Shown here: one piece after another, positions 12,753 to 25,974 of the stretch
How the letters are laid out: each line of letters begins with the position of its first letter
Numbering within the stretch: position 1 is the first letter of the stretch
Source: Lama glama
Taxonomy: Eukaryota
DNA length: 64,000 bases
Direction: 5' to 3'
NCBI GenBank assembly: GCA_028534125.1
Contig: CM052817.1
Location: 24,430,001 to 24,494,000, forward strand
Position numbers and translations under genes: made by a program
Notes under the pieces: generated by a model
The model's input: only the letters and a program-made list of their open reading frames with translations
Told to the model about the DNA's origin: nothing
The model's database searches: none

Positions 12753-14199
12753 GAGTGTCCAGAGAATGGCAGTAATTATGAAAAGAACTCAGTAGCTATA
12801 TGAAAAAATTCACACCATGTGATATTAGTTTTTATTAACTATTCTGTTTGCTCCTCTTATGAAATCAGAGTTAGATACACTACTTAGAGATACTTGCACT
12901 GAGCAGATCTCATTGATACTAGACATCATTTTGGTGCCCAAATTCAGCTCCATCACAAAATGTGAGCTAAAGAGGGACTCTTTCTGGTTGGTGTACTTCC
13001 TCTTACAGTATCAGGCATTAAGAGCTGTTTTGCAAGACCCTTAGATACCCAGACACACAAATACATAAAATAAAAGTGAAAAAATAATACATTCTCCATT
13101 TTTAGTATAATTAAGTCTGCTATTTAGGGTCACTCATTTATCAAACTCTGATTTTGGAATATTTAATTATTCTACTTCATCAGATTTGTTGAAATGAGTC
13201 CAGTAGGGGCATTTGGGGCAGTTTATCCTAAAAGAAACTATGCTTTAAATTTATATATAGTGTTGCATTAGCAGTCTCACATTCTGAAACTGTTCATAAT
13301 AAAGTTATATTCTAGGAGTTTTCCAAAATATTCTTCAAGACTTCTGTTGTGAACATATATTGAATTCTTGCACATACAGAATCATTCCAAGTCTTAGTGC
13401 CATTCATATCATGAATTTTTTCATATTTTGTATATGAAGGAAGGCAAGTGAAAAATGGTTTTTTCTAAATTAAAGTAAAAGTAGAAAATATCATATCACT
13501 CCATGATCCCAAAATTTGTCAGGTGGCTTCAAAGAGGAAAAAAACACATCACTATTAGCAAAATCCCCAGGCACAAACTCTGACATATCGCCTTTGATTA
13601 CATCTAATGCATCACATGTTTTTTGTAACTAGATCTGACAGTTCCCATGGTATATTAACCCAAAACTATTCAAATACTTCAGTGCAACTTGCCTTTCTGA
13701 ATTTAGGGCACCAATTTTTTCAAGCAAGAAGGATAAAAGGTTTTCTTATTCTTCCTAGGGATTCCTGAAAAAAAAAACCCATAGCATCCCAGAGGTAGAA
13801 GGGATGTTGGTGTTCGTGTAGTTCAATTTCCCACTTAATTGGGAATTCCCTCTACACTAGTGCTACCAAGCTGTCCCCAGTCTTTGCTCGCACACTTTTT
13901 ATGACAACACAATTGCTGCCTTTGTAGGCAACACCCATTGGCACTATCCTCACTACAAAGCAGCATTAATTTGCTGACTCACACACAAATTACAAATCAG
14001 ATACTTGAACCCCACTTTAAGAACCTTTTACATCTCTCTTCTGAATTAAAAAAAAAATCCTTAAATATTCCCCAAATAACTTTTGAGTGCCTCTTTACCC
14101 TCAAAACAGAGACATGTTTATGATACAGTGATTAAAAAATGGAAAAATACACAAATTCTTTCCTTGAAACTATGTTTTCTCAGCTATTACCTTAGTTTT

Positions 14200-15415
14200 C
14201 TTCTTCCATAAAAATCAGTGTCTGGAAAAGAGTATCATATACTTGGTTTTACTTCCTCACTTTGCCTTAACTTTGGAAGCAATTGGGCTGCCACCTCTAC
14301 AACATCACTGAAAGCATTATTCAGTATTATCCCTCTACGTTTCTAAAACATCTCAATACTCTTGATTCTGCATTTCTTTTTACAATGTTCTTCTCTTGTT
14401 TTCTCTGACAACAATTTTTATTTATTCTCACCCATGTCTCTGGTCAATCCATTGCAGAATCCTTCTTGGACTTGTCTTGCTTGTTCACTCCTTTATACTT
14501 ACCCAAGTTTATCTCTTATATTTCTCCTTATTTTTAAGCCAAAAAGGAAAAAAAATGGCCCTCAGGATGTCTATGAACCCCCAAAACTTGTATCCAAAAT
14601 TTTGTATCTGTATGTGTGTGCATATTTTTAGCATTAAAAGTATTTACTGAGTACTCAAAGACTTCCTGGAATGAATTTCTACATTGCTTCTTGCATGAGT
14701 GCCTCCACTTGTAGGACATCAGCTACCTCAGGTACCCATCACTAGGCAGCTCCACTGATATCTCTCAAGTGCCTCAAACACAACAATTCAGAAGCAAATC
14801 TCTATCTTACCATCACCACTAAATTTGTCTTTCATACATTATTGACTGTCTTTTTGAATTCCAGCACTCCATCTAGTTGTCCAAAATATAAACCAAGGAC
14901 TAATACATAGCCCCTCCTCCCTACTCTCCAAATCTAATCGGTGGTGAAGCCCCTCAGTTAGACCCCTTTAACGTCTTCAGAATTCATCCCCTCTCCATCC
15001 TTACAAGCTGCCTTACTTCAGGGTGCCATCATTTCTCAAGCCAATTAGTCCAACACATCTCTGATTGGTCTCCCTGTCCCAAAATTTACTTCTCTTCAAT
15101 CCGTTCTCTACATTTATGCTAAGTGTTTTACGCCAAATTCCATATCAGATCCAGGCACTTGGCTATTTAAATTCTTTTTGTAGTTTCCAACTGTCTTCAG
15201 TGTAAAATCCATATGTCTTAAATAGTACGCAGTGCTTTTCATTACTTCTGCCTGAATATTCAGCTAATCTCTTGCCACTCTCATCTTCGTATCTCTTGCA
15301 TTTCTCCTTCTAGTGCCTCCTTACTCCAAGCATTCTCTGCTACCCTCTCCATCCCCAGTCATATGGTTAACTCCTACACATTCTTCAAAACTCAGCTGGG
15401 GTATCACATCATCCA
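14200..15415 (+). mobile_element. L2 fragment (pyrimidine-rich sense strand), with a probable small insertion near 14545-14660
   Basis: cctcaaacacaaca...ccatctagttgtccaa...ctgattggtctccctg...ttcttcaaaactcagct. Confidence 0.7.
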
Positions 15416-15419
15416 CTCC

Positions 15420-16460
15420 TTCATTCATTCAGCTAATGTTTATTAGGAGCCATCTCTTTGCCAGATATCATGAAGACATCGTATAAATAAGATAAATGTA
15501 ATCCTTGTCCTCCCAGAATTTATCTTCTATCTGGAAAAGCATTCATACCAATCAGTGCATAATTAGTTGTTTTAAACAGCAATTAAAACAACAATAAGTG
15601 ATTTTAGAAGGAAATATAAGGTATACTGAGAATATGAATATGGTCCTGATCTAGACTGGGATATCAGGGGAACTTTTCCATGGAAATCACATTTAAGCTG
15701 AGACTGGAAAGATCTGTAGTTATTCTTGGGTGAAGTAGGGGAAGGATTCCAGGTGAAGGGAACAGCCTATGTACTGTGCAGAGGTCTTGAAACAAAAATG
15801 TTCATGTCGTACTGGAGGAACTGCAGTATGACTGCCGCTCAAGGTGTAAGATACAGAGCGACACAAGTTGAGTGTAGAAACATAAGAAGGGCCAGGTTAT
15901 GCGAGATTTTGGAATCTTGTTAATGATTTAAGTCTAATTACAAGAATAATAAATAGTCCCAAAAGGGTTTTAAGTAGGTAAGTGATATGATTAGATATGC
16001 CTTTTTATCACTCTGACTTCTGTTCACAGAATGGATAGGCTAAATGAATAGAGTAGATACAAAGATGGCTTTCAAGAAATTAGTGTAAGAGTTTAGGCAG
16101 GGTGATACTGGTAGCTTATACCAAATTAATGTTGCAGTTAGAAAACAGAAAAATATAAAAGTTGTTTGGAAGGTAAAACTAACAGAACTTGATAAAGGAC
16201 TTATATGGCAGTTAAAGGAAAAGGATATTAAGGGTAACACCTATGTTTCTAGTTTGTACAACCAGGGGGATGATTATGCCATTCATTAATACAGGCAACA
16301 CTGAAAGAGGGGCAAGTTTCACAGGACAGTATAGTTTCCAATTCATTAAACTTGGAGGTGATGTTAAGTAAGCAAACCTGAAGGGCACAAGTAGTCATGT
16401 CAAAGTTAAAAACATTAATTTAAGAGTCAGTATATGGGTTGTAATTAAAATTCAGAGTTG
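15420..16460 (-). mobile_element. L2 fragment, tail-to-tail with the previous L2
   Basis: Begins tcattcattcagctaatgtttatt (L2 tail); ggttttaagtagg...gtttggaaggtaaaactaacagaacttg. Confidence 0.75.
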
Positions 16461-16489
16461 TCATCAGCCCAGAATATGAAACAATAATA

Positions 16490-16723
16490 ATAAAACTAAT
16501 AATAATAGCCAATGTTTTTCAAGATTTTATTACATACTTATCACTTCCTTAATGACTTAGCAGATATTAATTCATTAAATCCTCACAAAAGCCTGTTGAT
16601 AGGTGTGAGTATCATCCCATTTTATAGATAAGAAATGTGAGGCTCAACGAGATTGAATGAATTGATTCAAGTCACACAGTGAGTTAAGTGGCAGAGTATG
16701 GATTCAGACACAGTCAATGTCAG
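16490..16723 (-). mobile_element. MIR, interrupted by L1 and resuming at about 19683-19710
   Basis: tcattaaatcctcacaa...atcatcccattttatagataagaaatgtgaggctca...gtggcagag. Confidence 0.8.
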
Positions 16724-19666
16724 CTATTTAGGTCAGCAAGATGGCAGAATAGGAAGTCTCATCACTACTTCCTCAACAGAAACACTGACTTAACAATGAT
16801 ATAGGGACCAAAATACCTTTAAGAGAAATCCAGAATACAGTTAAGAAGTTGCAGTACCCTAGTCAAGATAAAAATTTAGAGCAGACACTTTGAAGTAGGT
16901 AACAGACCCATTTAAGATGAAAACAAAGAAGTATACACCAAGATACATTATGATCACATTGTCAAAAGTCAAAGATAATTTAAAAGCAGCAAGAGAAAAG
17001 CAACTCATCACATACAGTGGAGGCACTATAAGACAATAAGCAAATTTCTCAGCAGAAATCTTGCAGGCCAGAAGAAAATGGGATGATATATTCAAAGAAA
17101 TATATGTTCTGAAAGAAAAAATTTCCAACCAAGAATACTATACATGGTAAAACTCCCCTGCAAAAGTTAGGCCAGCATGACTTAGATAAATCCAAACAAA
17201 GACACTACAAGAAAGGAAAACTTCAGGCCAATATCCCTGATGAACACAGATGCACAAAACTTCAACAAAATGCTAGCAAATTGAATTTAATAGCACATGA
17301 AATGGATCATACACCATGGTCAAGTGGAATTTATCCCTGAGATGCAGGGATCTTTCACCATACACAAGTCAATAAATGTGATTCACCACATTAACAGAAT
17401 GAAAAATTAGAATCACATAATCATCTAAATAATCGATGCAGAAAAAAACTTGGCCAAATTCAACACCCTTTCATGATTTAAAAACTCTTAATAAACTAGA
17501 TATAGAAGGAATTTATCTCAGCATAATAAAGGCTGTGTATGAAAAGCTGACAGCGAACATCATACTCAACCATGTAAAACTGAAAGCTTTTCTTATGATC
17601 AGGAACAATGCAAGAATGCTCACTTACCACTTCAATTCAACATAGTACTAGAAGTCCTAACTAGAGATATTTGGCAAAAAAAGAAATACAAGATATACAG
17701 ATTAGAAAAGAAGAAGTAAAATCATCTCTGTTCCAGATGACATATAGAAAACCCTAAAGACTTCACACAAAAAAAAAAAACCAACCCTGGAACTAATTTA
17801 AAAGAAAAACTCAGTACTAAGTTGAGAGTACAAAATCAATGTCCAAAAATCAGTTGTATTTCTGTACACTAACAAGGGACTATCTGAAAAGGAAATTAAG
17901 AAAAAATAACATGTACAATAGCACCAAAGAGAATCAAATACTTTGGAATAAACTTAACTGAAGAGCCATGTACACTAAAAACTATAAAACACTGATGAAA
18001 GAAACTTAAAAACACATAAATAAATGGAAAGACATCCCCTGTTCATGTATTGGAAGGCTTAATAACATTTAAAAGCATACTAGCCAAAGCAATCTACAGA
18101 TTCAATACAACTATCAAAATCCCAATGGTATTTTTCACAGAAACAGAAAAAGCAATCGTAAAATTTGTATGGAGACAAAAAGAGACCCTGAATAGCCAAA
18201 GCAGTCTTAAGAAAGAACAGACCTGGAGGCATCACATTTCATGATTCAAAATATGTTACAAAGCTACAGTAATTTTAAAAGTATGAGACTGGCATAAAAA
18301 CAGATGTATAAACCAAAGGAAAACAATAGAATCTAGAAATAAATCCAAGCACATATCGTCAACTTACCTTCAGCAAGGATGTCAAGAATATATAATGTAG
18401 AAAGAAGAATCTCTCCAGCAAAATCATGTTGAAAAAATGGATACCTCTAGACTAAAGAATGAAATTGGACACCAGACACAAAAATAAACTCAAAGTGGAT
18501 TACAGATTCAAACACAAGACCTGAAACTGTAAAATTCCTAAAAGAAAATATAAGGGAAAATCTTTGTGACATTAGTCTTAGCAAGGATTTCTCGGATATG
18601 ATACCAAAAGCATAAGCAAAAAAAGCAAAAATATGTAAGTGGGATTATATCAAACAAAACAGCTTCTGCACAGCAAAAGGAAACAATCAACAGAGTGAAA
18701 AGGCAATCAGCAGAATGGGAGAAATAGTTAAAAACCATGTATCTGATACAGAGTTAATATTTAAAATATTTAAAGAACTTTTACAACTTAATGGCAAAAA
18801 CAAAACAAAACAAATAACTTGATTCAAAAATGGGCAAAGGACTTAAATGGACATTTCTCCAAGGAAGACATAAAATGGCCAACAGGTATATGAAAAAATA
18901 CTCAATATCACTAATTATCAGGAAAATGCAGATCAAAACCACAATGAGATATTGCCTTACACTTACCATATGGCTAGTATCAAAATATATATATAAGTGT
19001 TGGCAAGGATATGGAGAAATTGGAATCCTCATACAATGTTGGTGAGAATATAAAATGGTGCAACTACTTTGAAAAACAGTATGAGAGTCCCTCAAAAAGT
19101 TAAAAATAGAACTACTATATGATCCAGCAATCCTACTTGCAGGTAGATATCCAAAAGTATTGAAATCAGGATCCCAAAAAGGTATCTACCCTTTCTTGTT
19201 CACTACAGCATTACTTAACAATAGTCAATATATGGCAATAACTTAAGTATTTATTGGTGGATGAATGGATAATGAAAATGTGGTAGATACATACAGTGGA
19301 ATACTATTCAGCCTTTAAAAAGAGGGATCATGCCATTTGTGACAACCTGATGAACCTGGAGGACACTATGCTAAGTGACATAAGTGAGTCACAGAAGGAC
19401 AAAGACTGCATGATTCCATTTATATGAGGAATCTAAACTGACAAACTCAGAAACAGAGAATAGAATAGTGTTGCCAGCAGCTAGGGAAGGGGAAGTGGGC
19501 AGTTGCTGTTCAGAGTTTCAATCATGCAAGATGAGTAAGTTCTTAATATCTGCTGTACAATATTGTGATTATAGTTAACATTATTGTACACTTCAAAAAA
19601 TTTTAAGGAGGTATCTCATGTTGTATTCTTACCACGCAAAAACAAAGAAACAAAAACCCCTCACAT
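16724..19666 (+). mobile_element. L1 with both termini but large internal deletions (5'UTR start, ORF1 3' part, ORF2 RT to C-terminus, 3'UTR); decayed
   Basis: caagatggcagaatagg 5' start; ORF1 (aaagcagcaagagaaaag, ttctcagcagaaatcttgcaggccagaagaaaatgg); ORF2 (aggccaatatccctgatgaac, degenerate FADD near 17735); TSD acacagtcaatgtcag 16708-16723 and acacaggcagtgtcag 19667-19682 (14/16). Confidence 0.9.
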
Positions 19667-20669
19667 ACACAGGCAGTGTCAGTCTAAAGCCCAAACTCAT
19701 AAACACTAACCCAATTTTGGCATATAAAAAGTACAAAGGAAGTATCTTCTGATTGACTGAATGAAGTCATATTTCTTACAAGCTATTCGCCATCCTGATT
19801 TACAGACCCTAACAATCCTGTAGTAGTTTCCAGTCACTGCATTTGTGATAAAATTAAATCTGTAAGTTTTTTCTCACAAATTATTGCCAAACTAGGTTGC
19901 ACTCTTCTGTACTCATCTAATTAAAGATTTAATCTCTGAGAACAATGTTATGGTTACAAAAGCTACACTTCATGGCCTTACTTTTGCCCTGCTGCCAAAT
20001 TACCAAATTCACTTTGAATCCTCACGATTGTCAACATTAAAGGGGGGACCCAGTATGTGTGCCCTTATTTACTCTTCCTTGTACTGATTCGACAGAAAAA
20101 TTAGATCAAAAACTAGTGCAAATGATAAATTGGAATAGCACTTTTTTTATTTATAAATAAACATTGTAAAGTTAGCTTAAGAATAAAGCAACGATGTCAT
20201 CCTGATACTGAACCCCAGAGGGACACAGAGTTTGCCACCCCATCCTACACAGCACTAGACAACCAGGAGCCTCCCTGCAAAGTCATCTGCCCCTATTAAG
20301 CTTCCAGCACAGAGAACAAAGGTGAATGCATTTATCTAAAGGTATCTGAATTGCTAGAGCAAGAAGGAGGAAGAGCTAGGGCTACCCCTACCCAGATCCT
20401 TTCCCAAACTCAGCAATTTTCACAGAGAGGAAAAAGGGGCAAACAAAAAGAAAGGAGAAAGGACAGACTGTATAAATTTTGATGTTCTTCTACAGAGAAG
20501 ACATGTAAATGTAAAAATGGATAATATTTGTCCATAAATACAAAAACAATGATATCTGATTTGTTTACCTTACAGGATTGCTGTGATAATTGAGACAATT
20601 AAAGTAAAAATCATTTGAAAAAGATAGAACACTATTAACTTGTAAAATAGATTGATTTTTATTTATACC

Positions 20670-20860
20670 CAGGCAATCCTGAGTTTCAGTCCTGCTTCTG
20701 CCAGCAAATAACTGCGAACTTGGGCCAGTTACTTAACTTCTCAAGTTACTCATCTATAAAATAATATTTACCTCGGAGTGTTTATAAGCCTTGTGAAAAT
20801 AGTGTGTGTGAAGTTGAATATGCAGTGCTTATGATATGGGAAGCTCAGAAGATTTGTAGT
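20670..20860 (+). mobile_element. MIR
   Basis: cctgagtttcagtcctgcttctgcca...ttgggccagttacttaacttctc...catctataaaat. Confidence 0.75.
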
Positions 20861-20959
20861 AGGAGCAATGGTAGTAATACTAGTAATAATAGTTACTATT
20901 TACTATTAGGAACAGGTATTCGGCACATCCACAGTAAATCTTTCAAAGACCTGTAGAAA

Positions 20960-21500
20960 CACTAGCAAAGGTATCATGCTCTTCCATAACCTGCTATTTT
21001 CACTCAATACATAAAGTTAAAGATCTATATTATTTTTAACTGCTGGCTAATATTCCAATTGGGTGATACTATCACAACTTAATTAGTATAAATCCTCTAG
21101 GGAGCCTCATTTAAATGCATATAAACAAGAAGTCATGAACCAACGTGAATACACGTTATTTGCTCACCTTTCCAATTATTTCTTTTTAATAAATACCTAG
21201 AAAATCACCCATTTTTAAAGAGGTATCAGAATCAGGCTTATTAGTCTGACATTTTTGATACCTCCCATGATTACATATAATGCTAAAAATATCCTGTATT
21301 TTTCAAAGCCCATCTTTGGTCTCTCTCTTTCCATGAAACCTTTTTGACTGTGAGACCCACACTCCCTTCCCTGAATCAAGAGGTGTTGTTTTTCATTATA
21401 AATTCTCATTTATTGTTCTGTTTCTCACATACTAACAGGTTTAACTCTTCATCTATTTAAAAACTCCTATAAATTACAAATATAAATATATCTTTCCATG
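20960..21500 (-). mobile_element. Old L1ME 3' fragments
   Basis: acctgctattttcactcaata...tttttaactgct...tattcca...aataaatacctagaa. Confidence 0.45.
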
Positions 21501-23164
21501 ATGTGATTCAAATACATTAAGGCTATTAGACCAACATAAGGACTAATTAAGAAGCAAACAAAAATTTTCCCAAACTGGTACCATTTGCTTCTCTGCCCTT
21601 TTACTTTGCTTATTAAACATTCCCTGGCAAAGAAAAGATACAGAAATTTTAAAACCTCTAAGACAAGAGGTTATTTTAAAGGTTAATCAATCAATAACAG
21701 GCTGAAGTACATTTTCTATAAGTTTATTCACAGCTCTTTGGGAGAAATCTGTAACATACCCACAGTGAATTTAAAGAATCAATCACCCATGCATTCCTGT
21801 AGCGGCTGCCAGCAATTGTTGGCCAGATGGGCTTCCAGGTAAATGTGCTTACTGCAGACTTGTGGGATTCTGATAGCAGTGTCCCTTCATGTCAGAGGAG
21901 TGCATTTAATTCAGTCGGCACGTCTCTAAATACACTTAATTTTCTTCCATGTGGGCAATTTTAAACATTATTTGGGAACATAGGTTCTGAAATTTTACTA
22001 AAATTCAAGACTCTAGAAATGATGATCCAAATTGACTCTGTGCTCCCAGCTGATACAGAGTTGCAATTAATTTACATGTGGAATCAGCTATACAGGTTAA
22101 AATATTATGTCATAAAGTTTCAAACATAAAATTTTAAAATAATCTTGCTGAAAGTAATGCCACGATGAAGAGAAATTTAAAAATTCAAACATTTTGCCTA
22201 TACTACATTATTCAGTATTTTAAGAGTTTTATGCACAGGTCCTTCATTTATATAGAAAATGCAGGAATCTAAATTATATATTTCCTTGGGCCTATCTTTC
22301 AAATTAAGAAGACTGCGAAATACTTTTATTTTTGTCTATAGTATAGTTTAAATAAGGTCTGTGGGCTTTTCAGTGGTTCAAGTACCCTAGCTGATTGCTT
22401 CTACATCCAGGAAATAGTGTATTTAAAGTTGGTTCTTCTGTGAAGACAACTGCTGATAAGCAAAGCTGTTTCCTTGGAAACGTCTAGGCAGCATCTGACA
22501 GCTTGCTGAACATCTGAAATTCACAATTGATCTTGGTAGCCTGTACCTAGGCAAGCTGACTTAAGAGGTGGGAGTGGTAAGCTAGGCTGAGGAGTCAAAT
22601 CTGAACATTATTTGGACAGCAAATTTCTCATTGTCGATCTTCTTCAAAGACTCTTTGCTGTCTCATTTTATTATCTTGGAATTCATTCAGTGAATGAAAC
22701 ATTATATTAAAATTCAATATATAACAAAATTTTAACTTGGGAAATGATGTTTTCTGGCTTACACTTTTAAAATATGAGTTGATAGCCTATTGAGGACCTA
22801 GTCTCTTATGTGGAGGCCAGTCAGAGTCCAATCAGGACAGACTTTGGGCATCACTGAAATAGACAGCATTTACCACTGTCACTCATCTATGCTGTTTGAG
22901 AATAAAAACTGAGAAATTATTGGAGCAGCAAAAAGACTCATAACTAACCCCAAAGCAAGTATTATGCTATGCATCACTGTAGTGCTGCTATAAATAAACA
23001 AAAATGTATACTAAAACATGTTTATCATATGTTCTCTCTTACTTAACACTGACCATCTGTGTCACCAAATGGCAAATCATGTGAAGAAATTTAACATTAG
23101 GTAGTTGGGTTTGGGCAACAGGGAGATGCAAGGCTAAGTGATGATCTTACCCTATGTTCTAGCT

Positions 23165-23352
23165 AAATGGTCCTCTAAGTATTGTCCCTGGACCAGCTGC
23201 ATCAGCACCACCTGAGTGCTTCTTAGAGATGAGAATTTTAAGGCCCCGAACAAAACCTGCTAAATCAGAAACTGTGGGATAGTGTCTAGCCATTTGTGTT
23301 CTAACAAGCCCTCCAGGGAATTCTGACGTAGACCCAATTTTGAGAATCACTG
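23165..23352. mobile_element. MER5A hAT MITE
   Basis: gtccctggaccagctgcatcagcaccacctg...tcagaaactgtggg...taacaagccctccagg...ttgagaatcactg; ttctag on both flanks. Confidence 0.85.
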
Positions 23353-23389
23353 CTTCTAGCATATACATTGTGGGGTGGTTACATATGAA

Positions 23390-24605
23390 AATGGTCCTCA
23401 AATGTTGCTGGGATGGCTACCTACATACTACTGAACATGCTAATGACAGTAAATAATATGAAGGTGCCAGATCTGCCTTGGAAGCTTATTGAAAATTGGG
23501 ACAGTAGGCTCAGAGCAGTGGGCAAACAAGAGAGTATTATTATGTGAAACCAGAGAAACTACCAACTGTATGATCCAAAAGGAGGAAGGAAAAATAACAG
23601 TTACTTCACTAAATCAGTAGGAAATGCATTAATGAGGGGAACACTGGCATTGCTGAGAATCTCAGTATTGTCTGTTCTCTGCAGCCAAGGTCAGTGGTAC
23701 AATATGTTGCTATGGAACTGAGCTCCCTACTGTCAATGAAACAATGCAGATGATGGCATTCTGAAACATCAGAGGCCAGATATTGCACTTACACATCAGA
23801 GGCAAGATGGATATAATTACTATGACAGGACAAAGGTAGGCTGGCAACAAGGGACTAAGAGAGCATTGGACTCCTAAGGGTAAGATAAGTTGAGCAGTCA
23901 GTGAGGACATAGCCTGACTTACATAAACAAAAATGATCACGAGCTGATAAGCAGCTGCTGCATTGGAAAATCATGATCCTTCTTCCACTTTCCAGACCTG
24001 AGCCAGTTTTCAGTTCCAGAGCTCATAAATTGAAGGGGAATCCAGAACCCCTTAAAGAAGGATCCTGAAACACCACAGAACATATTCATATTTGACAGTC
24101 CCAAAATCTATCCCCAAAGCAATACAGAGCTGTTTACTAGATGAACCAAACTGAAGAGAGAAAAGTAGCCAGTTCTTTTGAGGACTGCTGGGTACAGGAT
24201 CTGAGCAGTGACACCAAGAAAACTAAGATGTCATCATCATCTATCTGTTCAAATGGAGACATGCAGGCTACAAATGGAGTCTTAGCCCACGTCCCCATCA
24301 CTGTAGGTGTAATTGTTCCAGAGATTTACCGTGTTATCATTTCCCTAGTCCCTGAGTACATAACTAGGATGGATATTCAAAGCTGCTGTACAAGTCTCCC
24401 AATAGATCTCTAATCTTCAGAGTAAGACTCATCATGATAGCAAAGGCCAAACCCTTACAACAGTCCCCCTTCCTCAGCCAAGATAGTAAATCAAAAGCAA
24501 TACCAAATGTCTGGTGGAATATCACAGATTAGTACCAAGCTCAAAAATCTAAAGGATGCATAGTGTAAACACTGCATAATAAACTCAGGAGATCATGGCA
24601 GGCCA
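23390..24605 (+). mobile_element. ERV-L internal remnant: gag, protease and start of RT; decayed and running into an assembly gap
   Basis: gag VPDLPW and NALMRG motifs; FPDLSQFSVPELIN*RG at 23989-24039; protease F*GLLGTGSE (24176-24205) and NGVLAHVPITVG...VIISLVPEYI (ORF 24141..24413); RT start KIVNQKQYQMSGGISQISTKLKNLKDA. Confidence 0.9.
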
Positions 24606-25105
24606 NNNNNNNNNNNNNNNNNNNNNNNNNNNNNNNNNNNNNNNNNNNNNNNNNNNNNNNNNNNNNNNNNNNNNNNNNNNNNNNNNNNNNNNNNNNNNNN
24701 NNNNNNNNNNNNNNNNNNNNNNNNNNNNNNNNNNNNNNNNNNNNNNNNNNNNNNNNNNNNNNNNNNNNNNNNNNNNNNNNNNNNNNNNNNNNNNNNNNNN
24801 NNNNNNNNNNNNNNNNNNNNNNNNNNNNNNNNNNNNNNNNNNNNNNNNNNNNNNNNNNNNNNNNNNNNNNNNNNNNNNNNNNNNNNNNNNNNNNNNNNNN
24901 NNNNNNNNNNNNNNNNNNNNNNNNNNNNNNNNNNNNNNNNNNNNNNNNNNNNNNNNNNNNNNNNNNNNNNNNNNNNNNNNNNNNNNNNNNNNNNNNNNNN
25001 NNNNNNNNNNNNNNNNNNNNNNNNNNNNNNNNNNNNNNNNNNNNNNNNNNNNNNNNNNNNNNNNNNNNNNNNNNNNNNNNNNNNNNNNNNNNNNNNNNNN
25101 NNNNN
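24606..25105. other. Assembly gap (500 N)
   Basis: Run of N. Confidence 1.
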
Positions 25106-25329
25106 TGAATCTTTTATTACACTGCAGTTATCACTCTTATTTCCCCACTGTGTAATTTATTGGGGAAAAATTCTGTCATGACAGGTATATGTAATTATCT
25201 CATGATATTGCTACAATATTTTTTAAAATGTATAAAGTGAGGGTTAATGAAACATATGAAGTGTGGAGAATCTTCAGATTCTGCAGTTCTGAAAATAAAT
25301 ACTATGGGCATTTCTTTCCTCTGTTTGGA

Positions 25330-25637
25330 AGCATCTCTGTCCCAATCCTTTTTTCCCGGCAAGCTTCCACTCAGTCCTTCAGTACCCACTTCAGATATCA
25401 TCCTCTCTGCACGCCTTACTCTGAGTATTTCCTCCTCAGAGGTAAATTATACTTTGTAAGTATCACTGTCATTGTTTCATACTATTGCACTGTAGATACT
25501 TATTTGATCAGCCTAGATTTGTTTCCAGGTCATGAGTTCCTGGAAGGTAAGGCTGATGCCTCAGTTATTATAATCGTAGATAGTAAGTTGCCTATTCCAG
25601 AGCAGGGTTTCAGTAAATATCTGTGGAACGAGTGAAC
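25330..25637 (+). mobile_element. L2 3' end
   Basis: catgagttcctggaaggtaagg...tcagtaaatatctgtggaacgagtgaa. Confidence 0.55.
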
Positions 25638-25974
25638 AGGTATCCCCATTCCATGACCTGATCAGGCTTTGGGATTACATGGAAATTAGATGGTGTGTGC
25701 CTGAGGCTCAGAAGCATTAATGAGTCAGCTTATAAAGACTTGAATTAATGACTTGGTGGGTGGGCTCAATCCTCCTGCTAATATTTTTGGGAACATCTAT
25801 GATTCTGTGATACTGTCCCCAAGCCTAGGGCAACAGATGCATACTGAGCTATAAAAATTAAAGATATGCATGTATTTTGCTATAACACACATTTTATTAC
25901 TATATAAAATGTTATTCTTACACTGTATTTGAAATTTGGGTTTGTGAGCTATTAGCTCTTGAAAAATAATTTGA

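Noticed and set aside
24595..25155. Long ORFs spanning 24595-25155, 33247-33662 and 46534-47264
   Set aside because: Their length comes from N gaps translated as X.
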